Source: Adineta vaga | Lineage: Eukaryota; Animalia; Rotifera | Assembly: GCA_021613535.1 (NCBI GenBank) | Contig: CP075496.1 | Coordinates: forward strand, 5,828,001 to 5,892,000 | DNA: 64,000 nucleotides | Reading direction: 5' to 3' | Shown here: positions 36,945 to 48,199 of the stretch, in pieces | Layout of the letters: every line of letters begins with the position of its first letter | Numbering within the stretch: the stretch's first letter is position 1 | Position numbers and translations under genes: made by a program | The notes under the pieces: model-generated | What the model saw: only the letters and a program-made list of their open reading frames with translations | Databases searched by the model: none | What the model was told of the DNA's origin: nothing

Positions 36945-39934
36945 ATGATAAAATCAGATACACCCGTATCGAGTAATTTCGATCGACCAAAGTTATTACT
37001 TTTCAAATTTCTAGCACATCAGTAAGATTTATACTTTCTCACGAGTTTTTGAGTGACTCTTCTTGGTGATATTGTTTAAAGGATTCATCCATTTGCTTAT
37101 GCAGTCAATACTTTTCTTCGCCCAGCTTTGGATGATTGTCTTGAATTGATGCATACGACACCACAGGATACATTCAATGTTTTGTTATCACTTTCGCAAA
37201 CATTTACAAGATTTGCACCAGAAACAGAATTAATCTACGATGATATTCAACAATTTGCTAGTAATTAGATCTATCATTTACATTCCTTTCGTATTCACTA
37301 TCGATTTCTTTAGTTAAATTGAAAGATGCCATTGATAAATGTTTCACATCGCTCGATCCAAATACTATTCAACAGTCATCACAACTACTTCAATCAACTC
37401 ATGAAAGTCTGTTGGAAATTATTCAACAACAAGGTATGAATGATATTTAATAGATTTGATTCGACTGTAAGTTATATACATAGATGCAGAAAATACAACA
37501 TATACAAATATGTATAAAAATATGTCAGGTATTAATCTCAAGATTAATTAATAATTTCAACAAAAAGGTTATCCTTTTAGCGGTATTAACGAATTTGGAA
37601 AAGATCAATTCGTTACCAATGGAAATGCAAACCATTGATAAAACAAATCCTATGCAAAAATTGAATATTAATGGACGAAAAGGTTAGTAATTATTGAATA
37701 TTCATAGGATAAACTATAAGATGAAGATATTTAATTTATGATCTTGTTTTGTTGTTCTTATTTCTATTTTATTTTAGATGCAATAATTCGCCGTGAGTAT
37801 GCTCCTAAAACCATTGCTACAGCTCCAAATCGAACAACAACTATTACACCACCTCCTGGTATGCTACCACTTTCAAATAATCAATCATCCAAAATGTTTC
37901 CTCCACCAATAACAAACCAAAGTCAAACATTTCGAGATCAATCGAGTACAACCACATCATTTGTAATGCCTCCGATAGATCGAATGAAAAGTCTTTCAGT
38001 TTCTTCAACATCGTCGTTACCTACACGACCTATTTCCAATGTAAATCATCTAAGTGAATATGAAGTTTTTGACACAAGTACACAACCATTAAAGAAATCA
38101 ACAGCAAATATAGCTTCGTTTCCACCACGCCAAAATACATCACTCTTTACGTCCGTTACATCAACAGATGATAAAAAAGTCGAACCAACTACAAATCATA
38201 CGAATGATCAATATTCAACAACGTTAATCAATGATATAATGAAGAATAATCAGCCATGGTCTCAACCCAATTTTAATCTCCCAAATAAGATTACAAATCA
38301 ACCACGTAGTACACCGACACCTTCAAATAATGGCAGTATTCGTTTTAATAATATATTAGGATTACGTACAACATCATCAGTTATATCCTCTGTGTAAAAA
38401 ATATTATTTTATAAAATATAAGATTTGTTTCTTTGAATCCTTTTAGTCATGAAAACTCCGATGATAATTGGGATGATGATACTAATCGACAATACAATTT
38501 AAATAATCGATTTGCCACTCCAACTCCTGCTAATAGTTCTGAGTATGTAAAGAAAGATGATTAAATAGAAAGAAAGTATAGTCATAAATTTAGATGGCGT
38601 TTACCAAAAGAAAATCGTCGCAATAATGATGATCATCCATATTTCAATGAAACAAAATCGTTAACTCATCCTCATGTAACTGATGAATATATGCAAGAAT
38701 TTGCAACAAAACAACGTAGATTTCTACAGTATATTATTCTTAAGATATGAATAGATAGTTTCTTCTAGATCGACCTGCTTTACGTGGTGAACTTTCTATG
38801 ACATTTGGTACACCACAAAGTGGTCCACAAGCAACATGCTTACCAATTGGTGTCGGTTTATCTTATGATGAATTAACATTACTTTCATGTGATGTTCATC
38901 GAAGTGCACAACATGTTCGACTGTTTGATATTCAAACAGGACGATTGAAACATACAATTTCGAGTAATCAGGTACGACGAACATTGATTTCAAAAATCTT
39001 TTCCCACTTTCTGTATTTTAAAGCAAATGAAATTTCATCGTCCAGGTGCAATTATGAGTAACCCACGTAATAATATTTTAATTGTTGAAAGAGATTCAAT
39101 TTATATAACTGAATCCGATGGTCGTTTAATACAAACACTTGGACACCGTTCAATAAAACAATTATATGGTTTGTTTTATTCCTTGAATAAAATATCTCAC
39201 AAAGACAGTGTTCTTTTTTTTCTACTTATAGGAATTGCTTCATTTCGTGATCGTTATGTGTTAACAATTGATTCCAAAGCTACAGATAGTCAATCAGCAG
39301 AAACATGTCGTCTACTTTTATTTGATCCAAATAGTGGTCAATTAGTATTCGATCAAAATATTACAATCAATCAAGAATCAGAGGATATTCTTACGAATCA
39401 ATATACAAATCATATTCAAGGAAGAATTTTACCAGAATCAAATAGCAAACCAAGATTTCTTGCAGTACATAATGATGATATTTACATTGCAGATCTTGGT
39501 AGGATGTATAATTTTGTTTTAATATTCTTGTATGTATGTTTTGTTTTTGTAATGCAGGTCGTAGTTTAATTTATGGTACAAGTCTTCGCAATCAATTTGA
39601 TTTGACTTGTACAACTGTTTTTGGTGGTCATGGACGTGGAAATGGTGAAATGCATGATCCATCAGGTTTATTTATTGATTCTGGTGGAAATATCATTAGT
39701 GCTGATAGTAAAAATGATCGTGTTCAAGTAAGACATGATTGTTTTCAAAAGAATATTTCAATTATTTTTCTTTTCTAATAGTTATTTTCAGCCGATGGTG
39801 AATATAAAACAATATTTAAATTGAATGAACGTATAAAACGTCCATCGGGTATATGTGCAAATCGTGCTGGTACACAATTTTATGTTTCATGTTATTTAGC
39901 CGGTTGTGTTCGAGCATTTAACATTGGATACTAG
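36945..39934 (+). CDS. NHL-repeat beta-propeller protein with helical N-terminus and S/T/P-rich linker, multi-exon
   Basis: C-terminal repeats FHRPGAI, KPRFLAVHNDDIYIADLG, FGGHGRGNGEMHDPSGLFIDSGGNIISADSKNDRVQLF and RPSGIC. Exons splice in frame from the ATG at 36945 to TAG at 39934. Confidence 0.85.
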
Positions 39935-40235
39935 AAAACGAAAACTCAGAAATGTTCATTATTGAATTCATTCTTGTTACTGTTATTATTTCTTTTTTAA
40001 TTTGTGAATTAGCATTGTAGCAGATATAAGACAAACATTGAAATGTAATAGATACTTTGTCAATATGAAAACTTTTAAATATGAAATATCGGATATATGT
40101 GTGTGAAATGAGAGGATTTTGTATAGGTTTTTTTCTGAAAAAATAGCTCAAATATAGATTGTTTTATGCATTTATGTTAATAAAAGTTGTCTCGGTGTAT
40201 GATGGTGTTACTTGAGATTTATTAACGATATTTTC

Positions 40236-40303
40236 CGCGATTTTAAAATTTATCTTAAAGTACAGTTGACTTTATCATCACCATTGATCATAGAGTTAAC
40301 CAA
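40236..40303 (+). repeat. ~70-bp dispersed direct repeat, copy A (copy B at 43784-43855)
   Basis: AGTACAGTTGACTTTATCATCACCATTGATCATAGAGTTAACCAA versus AGTACAGCTGACTTTGTCATCACCATTGGTCATAGGGTAAACCAA. Confidence 0.85.
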
Positions 40304-40334
40304 CGCTTCGAATTCTACCGATTTCAATGTTGCG

Positions 40335-40829
40335 AAGCCGATTTTATAAACCTATCTAGTTTTTCTATGTGAATGATAGAGGCCAATATTTCATCTCATC
40401 ATACCATTGATTAAAAAGTTATCGAGCGCTTTTTCTCGTTTCTATTTCGATCTTACGACAACTAGGTTTTTTTAAAACCAACATGTTTTTCTGTCAGTAT
40501 ATTGAGGCGTTTTTGCATTGAAAAAAATTTTATTTATAAACCAAACACAGATTCAAAATCAGTACCAAAAACTGTACCGTATAGACTGTTTCATACCATG
40601 TTGAATACTTTCATTTTTACACCTCTATGGAAAAGTTTTAGCCCTTTAATCGCACTGCAGAAAACAAGGAAAAATGAAAGTGCTTAGAATGATTTGAAAC
40701 AGTCTATTCGGTGCTGATTTTGAATCTGTGTTTGGTTTATCAATAAAATTCTTTTTTCAATGCGAAAACACCCCAATATACTGATAGAAAAACTAGATAG
40801 GTTTATAAAATTGGTTTCCAAGAGGTTAA
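40335..40829. mobile_element. Non-autonomous foldback/MITE-like DNA transposon relic with long inverted repeats; right end GG|TTAA (piggyBac-like)
   Basis: 40700-40825 is the reverse complement of 40337-40368 plus 40486-40570 (e.g. ATAAACCAAACACAGATTCAAAATCAG / CTGATTTTGAATCTGTGTTTGGTTTAT). Left terminus degraded. Confidence 0.75.
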
Positions 40830-41642
40830 ATTGCTATCGTTTCGAGGATCACTGTCAGCATAGTTTTGAGGTTAGAGTCGATCTAAAAACATCTTTCGAC
40901 TCGGCTTAGGTTACTGAATCAGCAAGATCAATTTCAAAATAGAAAATATCGCATATTCCGTGAAAAGATGCACTTTTCTTAAAAGACAATTTCTGCGAGT
41001 TATTTCGCATTATTCGATGAAATTTTTTGCTAAGGGTAAAAATCTGTATACGTGATTAGCTCCCAAAACTCCACCAGAAGAGGTAAAAGAAAGAACAAAA
41101 AAATTTTTTACTCGAATTTTCTGTCGTCGATACCTTACTTCCTTTTCCTATGGTTATGTGAAAGTTTCAGACTTCAACTCTATTGACTAGATTTAGTTTT
41201 GCTTCTCTTTTTCGCCGTTAAATATATTCCTGATAAACACTTGTTATATACATTTCTATCGAAGATCGAATATATTGTTGTTTCGAATAGAGTCTAAGGG
41301 TCCAAACATTCTATAAAAAATAAAACAGAATTAAAACAAAAATAAATACATGATTGGTTCATTCTTATTTAAGTCAGGTAATGAACATCATTGGTCAAGT
41401 CTGTTTTAGTTTTTATAATGTGTCCATGGCCTATGACCGTCCATAGAATAGCAAGAATATGCACAGCTATATATTCCTCTTTTATGATGGCTTGACCTTG
41501 TTTATTGTTGAATATATAAATGGAATGACGAACAAAGAAGTATTGCTGTTATATGAAGAATATCAAGAAATAGTTCAAACAAAGTTTAGACTGAAGTCAA
41601 TATCAACGAATATACATTGAACTAATCAGATAAATTAGAAAA

Positions 41643-42972
41643 ATGAACAATTATTTAAAAATAGCAATAGCTACTAGTTTCAGCTTATTCATCACATTTA
41701 CACTTTATAACGTTGTGAAGGGGAAGCGTGCGAGAAACTCACTCTTTCAGCAAATCATTGCTGATAATTTGCATCATTGATTCTTATATGCAGCCAATCG
41801 TATCAATCAACAAAGTATGTATTTCTGAAAAGTAAATTTTGCAATATTGCATACTAGTTATGTAGATAATACGTCAAAATTAAATTATCTTTATACAAAT
41901 GTCACTCAGATCTGTTATACCTTCTCCAGTTGTCTAATTCTCCTTGTGGCATCCGCATGGTATTGTGGTTCTAAAGTAGTATTTCGCTTACTGTTGGGAA
42001 TATTGACAATTGTTAATGCATGGTTATTTGGTCGATGGTGTGATGGTTTTCACTTTTGCTATTCAATCGATATATTAACTGCTTATTTTCTTGTATGGCA
42101 ATTCAGTTATGTTTCATTGCAATGGTGTTTACATCAACTCGCATGGCCTCATCTTATTTGTTATCAAGCATCAATTTGTATATTTATAGCTATTGAAGCC
42201 TTCATATTTCACGATCTGGTTTACCAATATTTTCCATGGTTAACTCTTATTTTAATTTGGTATCATTGCTTCTATGATGTGTAAGTATTATATGCATTCA
42301 CAAAAGACATCTTATGGAATTCGTTAATCATTTCTTTTTATTATGATAGTCGTCACATTTAGTTAGAATGACGGTTTCAGGATACTTAACAAGACATGGG
42401 ATTTCTGAAAACGAAAATAATTCTAGTTTTACATCAATAATAAGTGTTTTGTTAACTGATTATTTACTTTCTCATATTTATGCATAAATCGAGGATTTCA
42501 TTATCGCTTTATTTACTAATATCTGTTTATTTTTTTATGTAGGTTTTCAAGTTTACAGATTAATGGTCGAACACGTAATATGTTCAAAGATAGTCCCGTG
42601 AAATACGCAACGCGAACACATCAAGGATGTCCAGTTTTTTGCTTTTACACACATGACTTTGAAGATGGAAAAGATGCAACCAAAGGCGCTGAAGGTTTGG
42701 GTGATGGTGATTTTTTCGTACATAATTTGCTTCTTCTTTGGCTACTACCGCCAATGTCAATAATGATGGAAATACTGATACTTATTGGTTACACAATCAA
42801 TATACAAATCGCTCTTATGCTCACAGATTGGGTTCGTTCGCTTTGGAAAGAGCGAGGAATGCCGGCCTTACCTCTTCCTGTAGTCTTTAATTCAGCATAC
42901 GCTCTCATTGTTTACTTTCTCCTGGAAAAGCTAGATATTGATAATATCAAGATATCAGATTGTATGAAATAA
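41643..42972 (+). pseudogene. Divergent presenilin-like GxGD intramembrane aspartyl protease with an in-frame TGA in exon 1 (pseudogene, null allele or recoded gene)
   Basis: Exons 41643-41814, 41866-42280 and 42543-42972 join in frame. They give a multi-TM protein with FYDVF (first Asp), GLGDGDF (GxGD) and PALP. TGA at 41778-41780 (codon 46). Confidence 0.7.
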
Positions 42973-43783
42973 ATCAGTTGCCTACAGATGATGGAAGTTA
43001 AGTTTAATGAGTGAAAAAGTCATCTTCGATAGTAGAATGAAAAGAACTTCATTCTACCAATCATGAACAAGCCAGTTTGTTTCTATAAAGATTCGAAAAC
43101 TTTGTGAGACTTCATAAATTGTAACGAAAGCAAGGTAAATAGCACGGATTTTAATATTGTCTATTAGAGTTACCGAAAATATTATCAAAAATACCATGAT
43201 TACATTAGAAAGTTTCTGTAAAAACTATTAGTTTCCATACTTGTTATGGGATTTTATTAGAATTTTCCAAAATAACCTTAAATTTATTGTCTGATCCCAC
43301 AAACTAGAAGATATATATAAAAACACGTATTTTCTTCTTACATTCATCGTTTTTCTTTCGTGTTTACACTGTCTATAATTATTATCAAAGTTGAGGATGA
43401 GTGTGGGCGTAGATTCATCCACTTACGGTACACGAATAATTTTGTACTAACGAATATTAAGATGCTCATCAAATTACTTGATATTCTGAATATTATGTTT
43501 GAATGGTTGGAAGAGAAATACAATGAGAAAAAATCGATTGATACTTTCTACAGATGATCATTTAAATTATAACTGGAGCGGCATTCGAGCTTAGCTCGAT
43601 TGCGAAATATGGTGCTACAAAGTTGAAGAACCTCGGCAAATACTTATAAACCTCGAAGTAATAAATGATGTCGCTGCATCAATTATCTATCGTCTTAGCT
43701 AATCGTATCAGACTTAGCAATTGGCTTTTTCATGCGTATGCTAATTATTGTGATACGAAGCATAATGCATTTATGTGGATGGT

Positions 43784-43855
43784 CGTAATTTTAAAATTCA
43801 TTTCAAAGTAAGTACAGCTGACTTTGTCATCACCATTGGTCATAGGGTAAACCAA
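43784..43855 (+). repeat. ~70-bp dispersed direct repeat, copy B, in the MDH1 upstream region (contains ATTGG/CCAAT)
   Basis: Aligns with 40236-40303 with a few substitutions and a 4-nt indel. Confidence 0.85.
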
Positions 43856-43991
43856 TCAGTATGATGTTACGACCTATTTTCATTAACTACTTTCTTTTTC
43901 TTACTGTGCACTGTATTCCTAGGTCTTATGTTTTTGATTTATCATTATTTTGGTTTTTTAGATTGCATTCAATAATCAAGTCAACGACATA

Positions 43992-45355
43992 ATGTCATCA
44001 TCCGTAAGAGTAGCAATGCGAATCTTCTTTTAAAATGATATCTATATTTTGAAGGTTCAAAACTTTAAAGATCCAATTCGTGTTGTGATAACAGGTGCTG
44101 CAGGTCAAATTGCATATTCATTAATTCATCAAATTTGTAATGGTGATGTATTCGGAAAAGATCAGGTTTATTTCGAAACAAATCTATCGGCTTTTTATTA
44201 TATTAATAGTACTTTGCTGTTCATAGAGTGTTATTCTTCATCTCTTGGATATAACACCAGTAATGAGTGTACTTCAAGGTGTTGTCATGGAAATTGAAGA
44301 TACAAGTTTACCTTTAGTCAAAGGTAACATTTCATAGATAAATGTAGGACTAATAAATTTTATTGTTCGTTCAGGTGTTATACCTACGGATAATGAAGAA
44401 ATAGCTTTTAAAGATGTTGATGTTGCTTTATTTGTTGGTGCAATGCCACGTAAAGAAGGCATGGAACGTAAAGATCTATTAAATGCAAATGTTAAGATTT
44501 TCAAATCACAAGGTACTGCTCTTGATAAATTTGCCAAGAAGAATGTTAAAGTAAGTTTATTCATATCTATTTACAATCAAATATTTCGTTTAATTAGGTA
44601 CTTGTAGTTGGTAATCCAGCCAATACAAACTGTTATATCTTAGCTCATTATGCTCCATCAATTCCACGTGAAAATTTTACTTGTTTAACACGTTTAGATC
44701 ATAATCGTGCTAAAGCACAAATAGCGGCTCGATTGAAAGTATCACCCAATGCAGTCAAGAATGTAATCATTTGGGGTAATCATTCTTCAACACAATTTCC
44801 TGATGTTCGTTCAGCAACCGTATCAATAAATGGTAAAGAAACACCTGTTTATGAAGCCATTAAAGATGATCATTGGCTGAAAAATGATTTTGTTTCTGTA
44901 AGAAAACTTTTTATTGATAAAAGTCAATTCAACTATCCATATATATATTCATTTTTTGTTGTAGACTGTACAGAAACGTGGTGCAGCTGTGATTGCGGCA
45001 CGTAAACTTTCAAGTGCTATGTCAGCAGCCAAAGCAATCTGTGATCATGTTCGAGATTGGTGGCAAGGAACAAATGATGTATGATGGAAAAAGAAGCCTT
45101 TCATTTCTAGAATTCTAACGATTCATTTTTTGATTATTTTAGAACGAATGGGTCTCTATGGGTGTTGTAAGTGATGGATCGTATGATATTGAAAAGGGCT
45201 TAGTTTTTAGTTATCCAGTAAAGATAAAAAATGGTACAGTTTCTATTGTTCAAAGTTTAAAATTGGACGATTGGGCAAGAGAAATGATCGACAGAACACA
45301 TAAAGAATTGGTTGAAGAGAAGAATGATGCTTTAAAAGCGACTAATTCCGAATGA
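43992..45355 (+). CDS. MDH1: Cytosolic malate dehydrogenase, multi-exon
   Basis: [72 protein letters not shown]. Confidence 0.97.
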
Positions 45356-45571
45356 CTAGATGGCAGCAACTTGAGATCGATGATTTAAAACTATATATAT
45401 ATATTCGATTTTTGTGATTGATTTCCTATTATTATTATTATTTTTATGAAACATAAAGTTTTTTACTGATTATCTTTTGAGATTTATCTATGTTGTGTTT
45501 TTCCAATAAAACTTTGTTGAACAGAACAAAAATATTGAATAAATCATATTTGTTTGTTAATTAGAACAATT

Positions 45572-47287
45572 ATGGCAACTAATCTTGTTAAACTTCAAAC
45601 TATTGAACAATTATCACCATTGGTTCTACGTGTACTTGGTTGTAATCCAAGTCCAATGACATTACAAGGTACAAATACATATCTAATTGGAAACGGCAAA
45701 AAGTAAGTTATCATCAATAGATTTTTCATAGAGAAAATTAAAAGTCATTTACATAATTTGTCAGTCGAATTTTATTGGATGCTGGTCAAGGTGTTCCAGA
45801 ATATATTGATGGACTTAAAAATGCGATGACAAAAGATAATATTTCATTACAAGCAATTCTTATAACACATTGGCACCCTGATCATATCTATGGTATTAAA
45901 GATGTTCTTAAATTAGTTCAACAACGTATGTATCATACAAAAAAATTTCAGTAGATAAATTCAATTATTTCTAGCTGATTTACCTGTTTATAAACGTAAA
46001 CTTCTGGAAATGCCTGATACAACCAAATTGCAAGCGTATGGTATACCAGAAAATCCTGACACAATTGCTAATTTTACATTTATCAATAACAATAATGATC
46101 AATTTACTATGGAAACTCAAGGAGCTCATTTAAAGTAATTCAACTAGAATTTAAAGTTCATCTATTGTTATTTTTCTTTTTCTTCTCAAGAGCTATTCAT
46201 ACACCTGGTCATACAACTGATCATCTTTGTTATTGGCTTGAAGAAGAACAAGCACTTTTTGCTGGTGATACAATTCTTGGTCAAGGTACAACTGAATTTG
46301 AAGATTTATATGATTATTTAAATTCTCTCAAACTTATTTTGAATCTTTCACCGAAGAGAATCTATCCTGGACATGGACCTGTTGTTGAAAATCCTCAAGA
46401 AACAATTGAACATTATATATCACATCGTCAACAACGAAATGAACAAATTCTTGATGCATTGAAACAATCCGATGATGGTTTGAATCCGGAAGAAATCACC
46501 AAGATTGTTTATAAGGTAAATTTATTCGAAAAAATTGTGCTTTAAATAATTGTTCCTTTTTCATTTTATCATTCATTTTATCTTGTGTTTGATAAATCAT
46601 TTTTCGTTCATTGCATAAGTCGTCAGGCTCACATATGAAGTTATCACTTTCAATCAGAGATAGAGAACAATACTGGATAACGAGAGTGCGACATCCATAC
46701 TAAATAAGGAAATACAACGATGATAACGAATAACGAAGAAAAGGTTTATTTAAGCGTTTAGAGAATTACTAGTGTACCATTCTCAGTTAATATTCTCTTT
46801 TGAAATTATTTATAAATACTTGACAATTATGTTTGTCAATATTTTCTGGATGAATACAAATGATCACAACGTATTTCCAAAAAAAGACTTTCAATCCATT
46901 TGAGAAAAGTTTTAGAAAGTCGTACTGCTTGAACCTATGTCTCATTGTTTTTAGTGACTAATTTGTGACAACAATGTTCATTCAATCACACTTACCATCT
47001 TAGAGAGGAGAAGAATTAATATCCATGAAGAATAGGAAAGCAGATTTTTATTATGGATGCCACTTTAACCTTCTTTATATAAACTGTAATGTTTAGGATT
47101 TAGTAGAATCATTATTTCCTGCCGCTTGTCATAATGTTCGTAATCATTTACAAATGCTCAGTAAACAAAGTCATGTGGGTAAGTGTATCATTGAATTCTT
47201 TTAAACATTTATTTTTACATGGAAATAATTCTAGTTTTCAACAATAAAAATAACAAATGGTCATTACGAGTGAATTCATCCATCTAA
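45572..47287 (+). CDS. LACTB2: Metallo-beta-lactamase-fold endoribonuclease LACTB2, multi-exon
   Basis: [52 protein letters not shown] and a winged-helix C-terminus; stop at 47285-47287. Confidence 0.93.
46685..47068. mobile_element. Degenerate MITE in the long LACTB2 intron (Kolobok-like TTAA end)
   Basis: AGTGCGACATCCATACTAAAT at 46685 is an imperfect inverted repeat of TTTTATTATGGATGCCACT|TTAA at 47046-47068. Confidence 0.4.
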
Positions 47288-47604
47288 ATTCTTCCATTTA
47301 TTGTCTTTCTATTTGATTAATAAAATATTTTTAATCGATTATATTATTTGTATCTTTCACTAATGATTATATTCGAACAGATGCAAAATAAGATGATGAC
47401 ACATGTATTGAAATATAACATATTACGAAAACGTGGTTCTAAATCACCTGATCGATACCAAAATGCCTATGAAGAAAATCAGAAGATGTCATTGAAACAA
47501 TCGAAATCTTCACTATACCAAACATAAATGTGAACCAAGTAAAAAGATCAAACAAATACTCAAACAGATAAATGTTGCTTTGATATGATCAAAGAAAAAT
47601 ATAC

Positions 47605-47800
47605 TACCAAATGTTGTCTAAAGAGAAAAGATTTTATCGATAAAAAAAAGAAGTACTTTGAAAACTTTATTTACCAGAACAAAGATAGTTGTGAGAACAG
47701 TAATACCAAATGTTGTCTAAAGAGAAAAGATTTTATCAATAAAAAAAAAGTAATTTGAAAACTCTATTTACCAGAACAAAAATAGTTGTGAGAACAGTAA
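47605..47800 (+). repeat. Tandem duplication, 2 x ~98 bp
   Basis: TACCAAATGTTGTCTAAAGAGAAAAGATTTTATC...ATAGTTGTGAGAACAGTAA starts at 47605 and again at 47704 with few differences. Confidence 0.95.
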
Positions 47801-48199
47801 TAATAATAAACGAGATACGATCCTAGGAAAGTAAGAAAATATTATTCTTTACATGGAATAAATATTTTATTTTATGAATGAATCTTTACTCGCGATCTTG
47901 TTTCACCAAAAAGTGGATGGTCAGTAAGATCAGCAGGATAGGTTGAACGAGATGCCATGTTTTTCAAAGAAAGAATTTACTCACTCATACTCATACAAAT
48001 GTATATGATACTTGTAGACTAGGATAGGTCATTTCGAACCAATGGAAGATTTAGAATTTCTTTTTTTAAATGAGTAATATCTCTTACGTCACATGTCAAG
48101 AAGAATACAGTGGTCGCTACTTGTTTATCTTCACCTCATTGAAAGTTTTTATCTATTATCTATCTACATTTGGCGCTAACTACGAATCAGTTATCTTAC

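Noticed and set aside
41778-41780. Selenocysteine as the main explanation for the TGA
   Set aside because: No redox motif context and no SECIS recognised by eye; a nonsense mutation is simpler.
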